64,000 bases of DNA, from contig NC_042997.1 in assembly GCF_006345805.1 (NCBI RefSeq), positions 99,572,001 through 99,636,000 of the forward strand, read 5' to 3'. The position numbers and the translations under genes are program-made. The notes below the pieces were generated by a model that was not told the origin of the DNA, made no database searches, and worked only from the letters and a program-made list of their open reading frames with translations. Each line of letters starts with the position of its first letter. Position 1 is the stretch's first letter. This stretch comes from Octopus sinensis. Lineage: Eukaryota. Below are positions 41,611-54,015 of this stretch, in pieces.

Positions 41611-42500
41611 CGTGGTCTCATCAATAACTATCCAGACTGTTGCCATAGTAACGAAGCTAAAGCACGCAAAGTAAAGCGGCTTGACACAGATTGACCTTAA
41701 ATTCTGCTGTGCGTGAGCACAAAGCTTTAATGTTCTAGCTCACCTCCGCTGTTTACACCAGTGCTTTGAAGGAAGGTGTGTAGCGTGTGATCGTCGCATT
41801 GACCATCACAGAGAAAGTTGAGTAGAGAATCTGCATCAAAATTTGCCAAAAGCTTGGCGATACCTGCTCAGAGGCCAACGCAAAGTTTTCAAAAAGTTTT
41901 CATCGTTCTCGACACAATCAAGATTTTGTATAACTGAAACCAGAGTGTCTTTTTGGTCAGCTGATAGCAATTTTGGCACAAACTTGGCAGACACGCGTCT
42001 CATACCCAAATATTCAGTGATAATGGACTGAACTGAACCGTAACTAATCTACACATCCTCCGATAATTCGTGGATGGGGATTCGATGATTTCCCCTCACA
42101 GCTGCACGCACATCTGCGATGTTTTTCTTAGTTCTGCTGGTTGCGGGTCACCCAGAACGTTCGTCAATATCGACATTTTTCGGTCATTTTGAGAACGTCT
42201 GAACTACTCGTACACTTGTGTGCAGCTCATACACTCCTCTCCATACACTTTCTGAAACTTTTAGCAAGCCTCTGAGCAGGTATCACCATAACAACTTTCT
42301 CTCTCATGGTCAATGCGACGATCACACGCTACACATCTTCCTTCCAAGTACTGCTGTAAACAGCGGAAGTGAGCCAGAACGTCAAAACTTAGTGCACATG
42401 CACAGCAAAGTTCAAGGTCAACTGTGCGAAGCAGCTTCAATCTGCATGCTTTAACTTCGTTACTATGGCGACTGTTCAGATACTTATTGATCAGACCTCG
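41611..42500. mobile_element. Mariner-derived 890-bp MITE made of two inverted 5' ends
   Basis: Inverted arms of roughly 280-290 bp starting cg(t/a)ggtct(c/g)atcaataa; both arms contain transposase start (KLGDTCSEA); minus arm runs to VSAKFVPKLL; TA at right end. Confidence 0.82.
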
Positions 42501-42502
42501 TA

Positions 42503-42665
42503 TATACACGACAGGCTTCTTTCAGTTTCTGTCAACTAAATCCACTCACAAGGCTTTTGTCGGACAAGATGTGTGGTAGAGGACACATGTCCAAGGCACC
42601 ATGCAGCAGAACTGAACCCCGAAACCATGTGGGTGAGAAGCAAGCTTCTTACAACACATCCATAT
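42503..42665 (-). mobile_element. SINE-B 5' half
   Basis: cgacaggcttctttcagttt..ccactcacaaggc..gactgaaccc-like head in reverse. Confidence 0.7.
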
Positions 42666-44616
42666 AAAGTTATATACATAAACACGCACAAAACACATAC
42701 ACACGCACGCATAAATGCATGTGCGCACACACATACACACATATATGTGTGTGTCTGTATATACAGATTGCCACAAAAGAAGCTCAGATTCACAAATTTC
42801 ATGAACTTAACATTGTCAACATATCAAAATTGGATCCCAAAAAACTGATGTTCTTCGGGTCCCGGAAATATTTCAGCTCCCAAACAGTTATTACATAAAC
42901 TGCTCCCATTGAAAGGGGTCACTTGACTGATTAAAATGATGATATTCACCAACAAACACCAACCTATATCTGACAGATTAGTGACATTTGTAGCTGTTGT
43001 ATGGATATTTAATACTATAGGCATCACCAGGTGTAATGTTATAAAAGGTTTTGATACGAAGTTTGGTTTGAGGGAAGGATGCAAATAGATGAGCGTTGCA
43101 TTTTTTATCATTTCAAGATGCTTTGAAATAAACTGATAGAGAAATTGTTCATATTTATCTTAGTTTTTATTTAACCGTTGCGAAGTTTATCACAACTACT
43201 ACTAGATGGAGTCAGTATATCCTTTTATTCGTTTCAGCCATGTTGTTGCGATCATGCTGGGGGACAACCATGGGAAAACGTAACATGTCAGCCGGGAGGT
43301 ATTTGTTAGTTCTGTCGGAGAATCTCATGTTGTTATTGTTGTAGAAGGTTTATTATTAAGTTGATGTGGAGGAAAGAGAGCGAGAAAAGTTAACTCTCTG
43401 CGAACGGAGAGTTACCATCATAACTGAAAGAGGAGTGAGAGCAGTCACCTCTTGGGCAGTTGCCGTTAGAGAGAGAGAGAGAGTAAGTAAGTTGTTACCG
43501 CTCTAAGAGACGCTGGGCGAAGAGGGAAGTAAGAGATGTTACCTCTCTCATATCCCTGAGGAAAGAAGAAATGTTCTGTTATGTGTATCTCGTAGAACCA
43601 AGTCAATAACAACGGAAATTAAATGAGTTATCAGGACTGAACTGAGTTTCAACTAAGATGGCGATGAATTTGACAGACGACTCACATAAATTCGGAATGC
43701 AAACTCTGAAAACACTGGAAACTAACACGCAGAAGCATTCAGGCCGAGGTTCAAGATTCCTGGTTGCGAATTCTCCGTATTCGTCACACACTTCATCACA
43801 CTGATTCGTTTGCTGTTACTAAAATGTCTTCCACTCTTTAGAGTTTGCCGGTTTGTTCCATCTTCACACATACTAACTCATCTATCGTCCCCCGCTTCTT
43901 TTTCCCCTTCGTTTCTCTTCCTCACATGTATCTCGTCTTCTCGTCAATCATATTGCTTTTTCCACGAAACCAAACCATTAACTGGAGAGCATAGCTTCGA
44001 CTCTATCCATCTTCCAAATGGCTATTCTTATGCCTATGTCAGAATTCAATATCTCTTTAATAACGTAATTCCAATTTCTAAATACATATGAAAGCGTTGG
44101 TGTATTTTTATAAATATCACAACTACACAATAAAGTTTCGATGTAGTTAATAATTGGCAGAGAAACAAAATAACAGATAGTAGTAATTCGTTTCGCCGTA
44201 TGGCAGCAGGGAACTAGTTAAATAGATATAGATGAAATTTGGGGTCCCTCCAATGTTCTATTTATTGCCAGAAATATTCAGTAGCATACATCATATGGAA
44301 ACGCATCTTCAGTGTTTGTATGTATTTATGTATGTATGCGCATGTATGTGTGTATACATACGTGTGCCTATGCATATGTGTACATGAATGTATCTGTGTG
44401 CATGTGTGTGTGTGCAAACATATTTTCATGCATTTTTGTATTAATAACCAGAATTTCAATTCCATTAATGCATACCCAAACACACACACACACACACACA
44501 TACTTGTAAATATGCGCGCGTATTAAATGAATATGAGAAAGGCAGGAGATAAAGTACGATTTATTCGTGATCAGAGTTTTTCGAAAACCGAAATTCTACT
44601 GTATATATATTCTTTT

Positions 44617-44978
44617 ATACTTTTACTTGTTTCAGTCATTTTTACTGTGGCTATGCTGGAGCACCGCCTTTCAGTCGAAGAAATCTAACCCTGGACTTAC
44701 TTTTTGTAAGCCTGATACGTATTCTATCGGTTTACGGAGACGTAAACACACTAAGATCGGTTGTCAAGTGATGGTTGATGACAAACACAGACACAAATAC
44801 ACAAGTATATAAAAATATATATACGACAGGTTTCTTTCAGTTTCAGTCTACCAAATCCATTCACAAGGCTTTGGTCGGCCCGAAGCTATAATAGAAGACA
44901 CTTGCCCAAGGTGACACGGGACTGAACCCGGAACCATGTGGTTGGGAAGCAAACTTCTTATCACACAGCCATACCTGT
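44617..44978 (-). mobile_element. SINE-B copy with short internal repeat
   Basis: Both halves present; the internal tract is only ~20 bp (~44805-44822). Confidence 0.8.
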
Positions 44979-45302
44979 GCCTATATGTGTATATATATAT
45001 ATATATACATACATACATACATATATATATTCATACATACATACATATATATTCATATGTGTGTGTGTACTTATATGTATGTGTGTATGTTTATAAATGT
45101 ATTCAAACATTTATATATTTTTGCGTGTGTTTATATATATATGTATATATATATATTGAAATAAAACTTACTTGGAAGAAGACGATGCGTGGCGTTCGAT
45201 CATATAATAACAATTTAATAAATAAAACCTATACATACATACATACATATATGTACATACCTACATCTATATGTATATATACATGCATATATGGGTACAG
45301 GA

Positions 45303-45825
45303 GACCACAAAAAAACCTAGAACACAACGAGAAACGAAAACATAAAAACAAAACAAGGAAACGGACTTTTTCCTAACAACGAAAAAACAGAGTACAAGAC
45401 AACAACACAAGGAACATTCCCCTTCTTCAGCTGCCCCTGTTTCGACTCATTGCGTGTTTCGAAGGTAAGGGCAGAATACGACTACATTGAAACAATCCTT
45501 CCCGCAAAGCGAATTAAATAAAAAAATTTTGCGGAGGGGTAAAAAAAAGGTGACAATAACAGGACGTAAAAGCAATACAAATAAAGAAAAAAAAACAGTA
45601 CAAATAAAGATAAAAAAAGTAAAAGACAGGACAAGGAGAAACCAACAATAAGGGTTTTTTTAAGCCTGAACGGTGGAAAAATTCATTAGAACGCATTCAG
45701 AAGAAGGGGAATGTTCCTTGTGTTGTTGTCTTGTACTCTGTATTTTTCGTTGTTAAAAAAAAGTCCGTTTCCTTGTTCTGTTTTTATGTTTTCTTTTCTC
45801 GTTGTGTTCTAGGTTTTTTGTGGTG
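45303..45825. mobile_element. pLTR-like repeat with an inverted partial copy
   Basis: ~127-bp inverted repeat (45305-45432 vs 45697-45825) around a ~265-bp spacer; homologous to 25700-26000. Confidence 0.6.
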
Positions 45826-45899
45826 TACATACCTACATATGGATGTAGGTATGTACATATATATATGTATGTATGCATATGTTTTATTTATTAAATTGT

Positions 45900-45937
<38 letters not shown>

Positions 45938-46039
45938 GCATACATACATATAAAGAAGAAGAAGAAGAAGAAGAAGAAGAAGAAGAAGAAGAAGAAGAAG
46001 AAGAAGAAGAAGAAGAAGAAGAAGAAGAAGAAGAAGAAG

Positions 46040-46070
<31 letters not shown>

Positions 46071-46140
46071 GTTAAAGGATGATGAATGATGAATTGAGGT
46101 CTAATGGAGAGTAGAGCGGATTCGTCTTGTCATTAATGCG

Positions 46141-46470
46141 TAGGATAGAATGCGTGGTTCTGTGGTAAGACGCTTGCTTCCCCGCCACATGGCTCTGGGT
46201 TCGGTCCCACAGCGTGGAACCTTGGGCAAGCGTATTTTACTATAGCCTCGGGCTGATCAAAACCTTGTGAGTGGCTTTGGTAGATGGAAGCTGAAAGAAG
46301 CCCGTCGTATATGTATATATATATATATGTATGTGTGTGCGTGTGTGTGTGTGTGTGTGTATTTGCCCCCCTATCACTACTTGACAACCGGTGTTGGTAT
46401 ATTTATGTCCCCGTAACTTAATGGTTCAGCAAAAGACACCAATAGAGTAAATACCAGGCTTTAAAAATAA
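46141..46470 (+). mobile_element. SINE-B copy truncated where an RTE fragment begins
   Basis: Head and part of the 3' half end at aaaataagtc, abutting RTE sequence; another 3' half at 46915-47070. Confidence 0.7.
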
Positions 46471-46740
46471 GTCTTTAAATCTTCTTTTAGGTTTACGCCT
46501 ATAGCGTTTCTCCTCTGCAAGCTCACCATAAAACAGCTGTTTCAGCATGCGTTCATCCGCCATTCGAACAATATGGCCACACCATCTCATTTGGTTCCTC
46601 AAAATCATAGCTTTAATTGAGGCAATGCCTACAGATGCAAGGGCATCTGTATTTGTGATAAAAGAACTCCATTTAATGTTTAAAATGCGATGAAGGCATT
46701 TTTGGTGGAATTGTTCTAACAATGTAAAATGCCTTTCATA
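46470..46740 (-). mobile_element. RTE-clade (BovB-like) LINE C-terminal fragment
   Basis: LEQFHQKCLHRILNIKW...RNQMRWCGHIVRMADERMLKQLFYGEL...KPKRRFKD. Confidence 0.85.
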
Positions 46741-47177
46741 ACAAGTTCATGTTTCACAAGAATACAACAGGGATGGTAAGACAAATGATTTGTAAAGAGC
46801 CAGCATTGTATTCTTATGTGTCCAAGTTACCAAATACATTTGCTGCCCTTTGAATTCGCAGATGTATTTCTGTATCAAGATTTCCATAATTTTGTACAGA
46901 GCTTCCAAGGTAGATTAACCGATGGTGTTGTGTTTACGTCCCCGCAACTTAGCGATTCGGCAAAAGGAACCGATAGAATAAGTACAAAGAATAAGTCCTA
47001 GGGTCGATTTGCTCGACTAAAGGCGGTGCTCCAACATGGTCGCAGTCAAATGACTGAAACAAGTAAAACAGTATATATATATATATATACATAAATATAT
47101 ATATACATATATATACATATATATACACATGTATATACATATAAATCTATATACATCTATACATATACATATATATA

Positions 47178-47446
47178 CTTATTCTACCGGTCTCTTTTGC
47201 TGAACCGGTAGTTTCACTATGTATATGTTATATACGGGGGCGTGAACACACCAATATCGGTTGTCAAGCTATAGTGGGGGAGAAACACAGACACCCAAAC
47301 ACACACGCACACGCAAATCCACTCACAAGGCTTTGGTCGGCCCGAGGCTACATCAGAAGACACTTGCCCAAGTGCCACGCATTGGGACTGAACCCAGAAC
47401 CATGTGGTTGGTAAGCAAGCTACTTACCACACAACCACTCCTGCGC
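47178..47446 (-). mobile_element. SINE-B copy, rearranged
   Basis: Partial 3' half and complete head ending accacacaaccactcctgcgcc on plus; carries a 24-bp foreign insert (see findings). Confidence 0.75.
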
Positions 47447-47447
47447 C

Positions 47448-47489
<42 letters not shown>

Positions 47490-47564
47490 CATACATACGT
47501 ACATACATACATACATACATACATACATACATACATACATACATACATACATACATACATACAT

Positions 47565-47605
<41 letters not shown>

Positions 47606-47769
47606 TATGTGCATGTATATATGTAAATCAGATAATAGTTTCAGTATTAATAGTTTCACTATGTATATGTTATAGTGAACGTATTAATAGTGAAACCACT
47701 AAAACTGAAAGTATTATCTCACAATACAACAGAGATGTTATTGCTTCACTTTCGACACGTAAAATTGAA

Positions 47770-47976
47770 ATGGTGTAAGAGATAAGCGATTGCTCCGGGC
47801 TCGCATTAGGCAAGAAGTTGAAGATTTTGGGGGCCGATGACACTGCGTGGTCCCTAAGTAAGGCATGTGTAAAATTTGAATGAAATCGGTTGGGTAGTCC
47901 TCGAGTTTTAGTGATGCACACATACAGACACACTCACGGACAGACACACACACATTCTCAGTTTTATATGTATAGA
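47770..47976 (-). mobile_element. Helitron-like 5' end fragment
   Basis: Minus A|TCTATACATATAAAA, (TG/TCTG)n, then aaccgatttcattcaaatttt, the same architecture as other Helitron 5' ends here. Confidence 0.5.
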
Positions 47977-47980
47977 TATT

Positions 47981-48043
<63 letters not shown>

Positions 48044-48056
48044 ATGTATGGATATT

Positions 48057-48095
<39 letters not shown>

Positions 48096-48555
48096 CTATG
48101 TAAGTATGCTGTAATGTACAACAGAATAAATCTATGGATTTCACTACCTGCATAAATTAATCTTAATTATATAAATAGGAAAGTCTAAAATATTTGTCTA
48201 TCTATATAATTTCTCTGGCCACAGAAAAAGAGTGAGCTACATTGGTTCTTTATTGAAATGTTATCAGTACCTGACTGCCTGTCTCTAACTGTCCAAAGAA
48301 GTACTGTATATACAGCAACGTTTATTCTGAGCTCTATTAAATGGGAGAAACGATTTATATAAATATCTCATTTTTAGTTGCTTGTTCGATTAATAATCTA
48401 ATGAAGCTTAGGTAATTTCCTTGTTTACGCTGTCTTTTAAAGTCTACTCTACATCACTCGTGGACATCGTGTTCAATAAGTTATTTGCCGATTCCTGTTA
48501 CCTGGACTATCATATTCACTCTACCAGCGCACATGTTAAAAGTGATGGTCAACAT

Positions 48556-48816
48556 CCGACAAGATACGGAAAATTTGGAAAGCACCACAACTGTCCCATG
48601 ATCTATGGATTTCAGTACCAGCATAAATTAATCTTAATTATATAAATACGAGAGTCTAAAATATTTGTCTACCGACAAGATACGGAAAATCTGGAAAGCA
48701 CCACAACTGTCACATGATCTATGGATTTCAGTACCTGCATAAATTAATTTTAATTATATAAATAGGAGAGTCTAATTTGGAAAATTTGGAAAGCACCACA
48801 ACCGTCACATGATCTA
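48556..48816. repeat. 116-bp minisatellite, about 2.3 copies
   Basis: ccgacaagatacggaaaat at 48556 and 48672; partial third unit 48779-48816; orphan 70-bp piece at 48130-48200. Confidence 0.85.
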
Positions 48817-48865
48817 CAACTATATCTGTTTCGTGTTACAGTAGTATGTGTTCTGCTCCACGCCT

Positions 48866-49036
48866 CTTACGGTGGCCCAACAACGATCATTAGACGGCAC
48901 ATACTCTCGACTTCTGCGCAAGACCTTTAACATCTTTTATTCCGACTTATATCAGACAAGTCACTATATGGATCTTTAATGACCGTCAGCCAGACAATCA
49001 AACAAAGACGGCTAAAATTCGCAGGCCACTGTTTTT
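48866..49036 (+). mobile_element. RTE/RTEX-like LINE C-terminal fragment
   Basis: LTVAQQRSLDGTYSRLLRKTFNI...LYGSLMTVSQTIKQRRLKFAGHCF. Confidence 0.7.
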
Positions 49037-50442
49037 GTTGACTAGATCAGCCTGTCACTGCGCCTTTTTTCTATAACCCTGTGGAAACGTTCAAGCCTTG
49101 TGATCAGGCTCGCGTGGTGTATGTCTATGACGTATGTCGTGGCGTATGCGGAACACAGGACTGTGCACTGTCTCCAAGTTGGCATGCGCAATCCCATCTC
49201 ACACAGTCTGGAAGAAAATTTGCTCTTCACTTTATGCTGTAATGTATTATATAATAAAGTTATAGGCTTCAGCTAACACTGTGTGTGTTGGTTAAACTTA
49301 TATACTTAGGAAAGTCATAAGTTTTTTGATCAAATGGATTAGTTTTAATCTCTATTAAGATTTCATTAGCTGGTTGTTCTAATCTCTATTAAGATTCCAT
49401 ATTTATATACTTGGAAAGTCAATATATTTTTGATCAACTGAATTAGTTCTAATCTCTATTAAGATTTCATTAACAGTTGACTACTCGTCTTTTATTTTTA
49501 CAATGACACACTATATATAGCCACAATCATAAGCTAAATCATTTTGCATAAATAATATATTCTTGGTCGCTGATTCTATTAATAAAATTCAGACGTGTTA
49601 CATAAGATGAGCGGGAAATAACAGATTGAGATGTAGAGGGGGAAACGATGTAAGATATGGTAAAAGTGAGAGTTGAATTTGAGGTGTCTTGTAATTGAGA
49701 AGCTTTGACGTTAACAGATTAATTTACTTTTTTTTTAAAGAAATCTAATCAGTAGAAACACAATACGTAGTCAGATTTTTTTTAATGAATTTGAGTGTAT
49801 AGAAAATATTAGAAATCTGAAAGCTTGGCGAAGAGGATCTGATTAGCTTTACACTTGAAATCTAATCGAAGGGAAGTAATTTGCTTGGTCTAAATAATTA
49901 AAAATTAATTTCGAAATGTAAATACTTCAAACTAAACGAAAACGAAAGAAGTTTAGCCCGTTAACATTCAGATTACTCAGTCAAATGTAATGCTTTTTAA
50001 TTAATTATGCATTATCTCATAGCTTTGAGGTTTTTATGATGTGATGGTTTCTTTTTAGAAACACATTGTAGAGTAGGTGTGGCATGTCAAATCTGGCCAG
50101 TTTGAACATAAACCCTGTTTGAATGCTAAAGGATTAAATCATAAGAGATTTAAGGTAGCTTGCAGGCTAAAAAGTCAGGCAGAATGAATAAGATAGAATA
50201 ATATTGATAATTTTTTAAATATGAAATACGCTAAAGATTTCTATAAAACTTCTTCATAAAGGGTTGTTTTCAAGCAGGTTATTTTAAATGTATTCGTCGT
50301 GTATTTAAGAAAAATATAACAGGTAATGTACTGAAAATTGTTAAAAACTGACATAATGTAAAAATAATTAAAACAAGCGTTGAAGCGATAATAAATTCCA
50401 GTAAGTTTTGTATTTCTGGGAAACTTGGACGTGAGAAAAAAG

Positions 50443-50886
50443 GGATCTTTTCGGTTTGAACGGCAGGTTTTTTCTAGCGGTGTCATATGAAATTGTCACC
50501 CAATAATTATGACCCTAGTATCGATCTATTGCATTTCAATCTCTTTTAGGATTAGGGTTAGTTAGGGATAGGGTTAGGGTTAGGGTTAGGGTGGGGGGAA
50601 GGGTATCTATTTTTCTTCACAAATGTAAATAAACCCAATCTGTTTCTTAAACGAGGGACATATTCATGCGGCACAGAATGTTTTCAGCTCAATAAACGTA
50701 TTTGATTGGTTGAAATTACAGAAATTGAAGAAAAAAACAACAAATATCTTACAAACTATAGAATTTTCTAAATAAAGCCAAGAGAAAAAGATGTTTAATA
50801 AACACATTCTACCAGTATATGAAGTTTAAAATTTTTTAGTTACCTAGAAATTATGTTAAAAACTGCCGTTCGAACCGAAAAGATCC
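50443..50886. mobile_element. 444-bp MITE with 8-bp TSD (Merlin- or hAT-type) containing a TTAGGG tract
   Basis: 24-bp TIR ggatcttttcggttYgaacggcag (23/24); perfect TSD gaaaaaag at 50435-50442 and 50887-50894; telomere-like repeats 50546-50598. Confidence 0.88.
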
Positions 50887-51944
50887 GAAAAAAGTACATA
50901 TGAAAATAGACATCTTAAGCTGCTGCAAAATGATTAGGTCAGGCAAGTATACATCTCAAGTTAAAGAAAAATGAAATCGATACATTGAATTGACATTTGA
51001 GTATGAACTGCTTAAGATATTTTTTTGTGAATGACCGGATTTAGATAATAGAAAAAATAATGGGATATGTTACAGTTAAATGCGACAATGTATTTTGCAA
51101 TGAAATAGTATGAAAATGTATTGTGATATGGTAAGATAATGTAAGTTTGAGATCAACTATTTTGGATCGTTACTAACAAAAGGAAAATTATATATAGTCA
51201 TAGAAGTCACTTATCTTGAAGATGTTAATATATCTTTGAAAAATAAGTAAGAAGTTAAATATTTATGGAAACTGTTTCGAATCCTAGTTTCTCTCTCCAG
51301 ATTATAAAATCACATTTATACCAATAATTATTGACGTACTTAGCAATGTTTATAAATGCTTGGTTGACAGTTTAGAAAAGTTAGAATTTTCACCCAAAGA
51401 AAGTGGGATGTTAACATGCTCTTTACAAATATAATATACAAGCGGAACGTTAAAAATTTGCAAAAATTTTTTGAAGCTCAGCACATTTTTGTTGTTCTTA
51501 TTTAAATTCCAGATATGGAAGCTTTTTGTTTCTTTGTTAGAAATCAGCTCCTGCTTCATAGGAAGAATATTTTTTTTTAAATACATAGCTTTGATTTTTT
51601 TTACAACCTCGCCGCCTGCAGATAGGTGTCCAGCCAAAATATTCTCGAAAACTTTAATCAGAGGCGGAAAGGTGAATAGCTGAGTCAGTAGAATACCGGA
51701 CAAAATGTCTTGAGGTATTTTGTCATCTTCCTTTTCTTTTAACCTCAGTTCCCACCGTAGTCAGTTTTGTCTTCAGTTCTTCTAGAGAGTAGAGAGAGAG
51801 AGTTGATAAATTACATGCCAGTTGTGATATTCGTTCCAACTGCCAGCGTTTTCAGTTCAAATCCAGTCAAGATCAACTTTGCCTTTGCTTTTTCTCAGGC
51901 CGACTGATAAAGTACCTGTCAAGTACTGAGGCCGATCGATTCTG

Positions 51945-52012
<68 letters not shown>

Positions 52013-52743
52013 TTCTCTCACACACACTCTCCCACTCTCATACTCTCCACTCCTTTTTACACAAGAAAGACGACGTCGTGCTGCCCAAAGGGTCGAGAGA
52101 TGCACTCACAGCATCTGCTTCTCTAAAACTGGAGGACGGTTGAGTAGAGGACATACTACTTTTTGTGCAACAAAAGCCGTCCACGGAAAGCCTCATATAC
52201 AGCACAGCAGGAAACGTTAATAAATGCGAATGTAATTTACATACAGCGGGTCAATTAAAACGACCATACGCCTAATCTTCAGCTTCGGAGCTTGTGCCTA
52301 TTTTCAAAAATCAATATTATACCGAGGAAATGAATATTAATTAAAGTTAATTCCCATAAGAAAAAATATTTAATGCACATTCAGACAAAAGTTTTGCTCC
52401 TGGCAACAAGTAATTTGGTTCATATTTTTATTATAAATGGAGTTTTGCCTGTAGCTTAAAATCAAACATGTAGATTCATCGTTTAACAAACAGCTATGGT
52501 TTGAAAATCTGCGGGATGGATGTCGATAAACACTGAAAGAAAATAGAAAAGAAGGCGAGAAAAAAAAAACGACTTCCTCGTAGGCATAAAGATTTATACA
52601 AGTAGATAAATTTCAGTGTCTGTGAAGCTCCCGAGGTCAGTGTCTTGAGGCTACTTTTGTTCGTCTTTAGTTACTCTAATATGTTTGTATGTATGTGTGT
52701 GTGTATATACACACACATACGCACGCACACACATGCACACATG

Positions 52744-53013
<270 letters not shown>

Positions 53014-53014
53014 A

Positions 53015-53067
<53 letters not shown>

Positions 53068-53070
<3 letters not shown>

Positions 53071-53246
53071 ACAAGGGATTGGCTTTACCCCTCACCACGC
53101 GCTGCAAGAAATAGAAGCTAAAAGCCACTATCTCCGCCTTAAAATCTCCGAGAATAACACACTCGGAAAATTAAAGGTGGTAATAGTGGCTTTTAGCTTC
53201 TATTTCTTGCAATGCATGGTGAAACGTAAAGCTGATCCCTTGTTAT
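53068..53246. repeat. 179-bp imperfect palindrome (hairpin MITE-like)
   Basis: ataacaagggat...tgcaagaaatagaagctaaaagccacta..ccgag / ctcgg..tagtggcttttagcttctatttcttgca...atcccttgttat; short central loop. Confidence 0.85.
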
Positions 53247-53665
53247 GATTAAGTATATAATTATAAAATATTTTGTACAATTTACCTATGACGTTTTTAT
53301 TTCTGCACTGTCTACCTAGTAAAATTTATTGATTTTACTCTTTATTATATATATATATAATGTGAGGTATACTTGCCATCTCAATATGGCTAACCACTAA
53401 GGGTGGGTGTTACTGTAGCTTGTATCCCCAGGAGAACATCGTCTCCAGCTGGCTTTAGGCACACTTTCTGTGCCCTTATGGTATTTGCAAAAGGAGGTCA
53501 CCCTTCCCTCGTCAACCTAAGTGATACGCACGGACTGCAGTTTCTAGGTATTGACCTGTCTTCAGCGTACGACAATCACCGGTTTTCGATAAAAGGGTTC
53601 CAATGCAAATATTTATATTGTTTTTCCAGTAGCTTTTCGTCACTGATCTCGAAAAACTGTATGCA

Positions 53666-53959
53666 AGCAATAATAAATCTCTGAACGAGGTATAAACAGG
53701 AACTTGCACGACAATGTGAGGTATACTTGCCATCTCAATATGGTTAACCACTAAGGGTGGGTGTTACTGTAGCTTGTAGCACCAGAACATCGTCTCCAGC
53801 TGGCTTTAGGCACACTTTCTGTGTCCTTATGGTATTTGCAAAGGGAGGTCAACCTAAGTGATACGCACGGACTGCAGTTTCTAGGTGACCTCCTTTTGCA
53901 AGTATACCTCACATTGTCGTGCAGTTACTGTTTATACCTCGTTCAGAGATTTATTATTG

Positions 53960-53961
<2 letters not shown>
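53666..53961. mobile_element. 296-bp MITE with ~65-bp TIRs; partial direct duplicate at 53359-53548
   Basis: Arms 53666-53730 and 53898-53961; interior repeated ~355 bp upstream without the outer TIR. Confidence 0.8.

Positions 53962-54011
<50 letters not shown>

Positions 54012-54015
<4 letters not shown>

Noticed and set aside
42824-43111. 95-aa minus ORF with several NxS/T sites
   Set aside because: No family similarity I can support and no exon boundaries.
43236-43803. Possible solo LTR (TG...CA) or hAT element (CAG...CTG between attcgttt words)
   Set aside because: No matching 4-6-bp TSD for the LTR model and the ends are not inverted repeats for the hAT model.
48556-48816. CRISPR-like array
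   Set aside because: Units repeat in full with no unique spacers; eukaryotic context.
49042-49230. Second RTE fragment on minus (RLERFHR)
   Set aside because: Only one short motif matches; not enough to call.
50546-50598. True telomere or chromosome-fusion scar
   Set aside because: Short, degenerate, single orientation and enclosed by TIRs and a TSD, so it is transposon cargo.
51350-51703. 117-aa minus ORF
   Set aside because: AT-rich, no recognisable domain, no clear splice sites.
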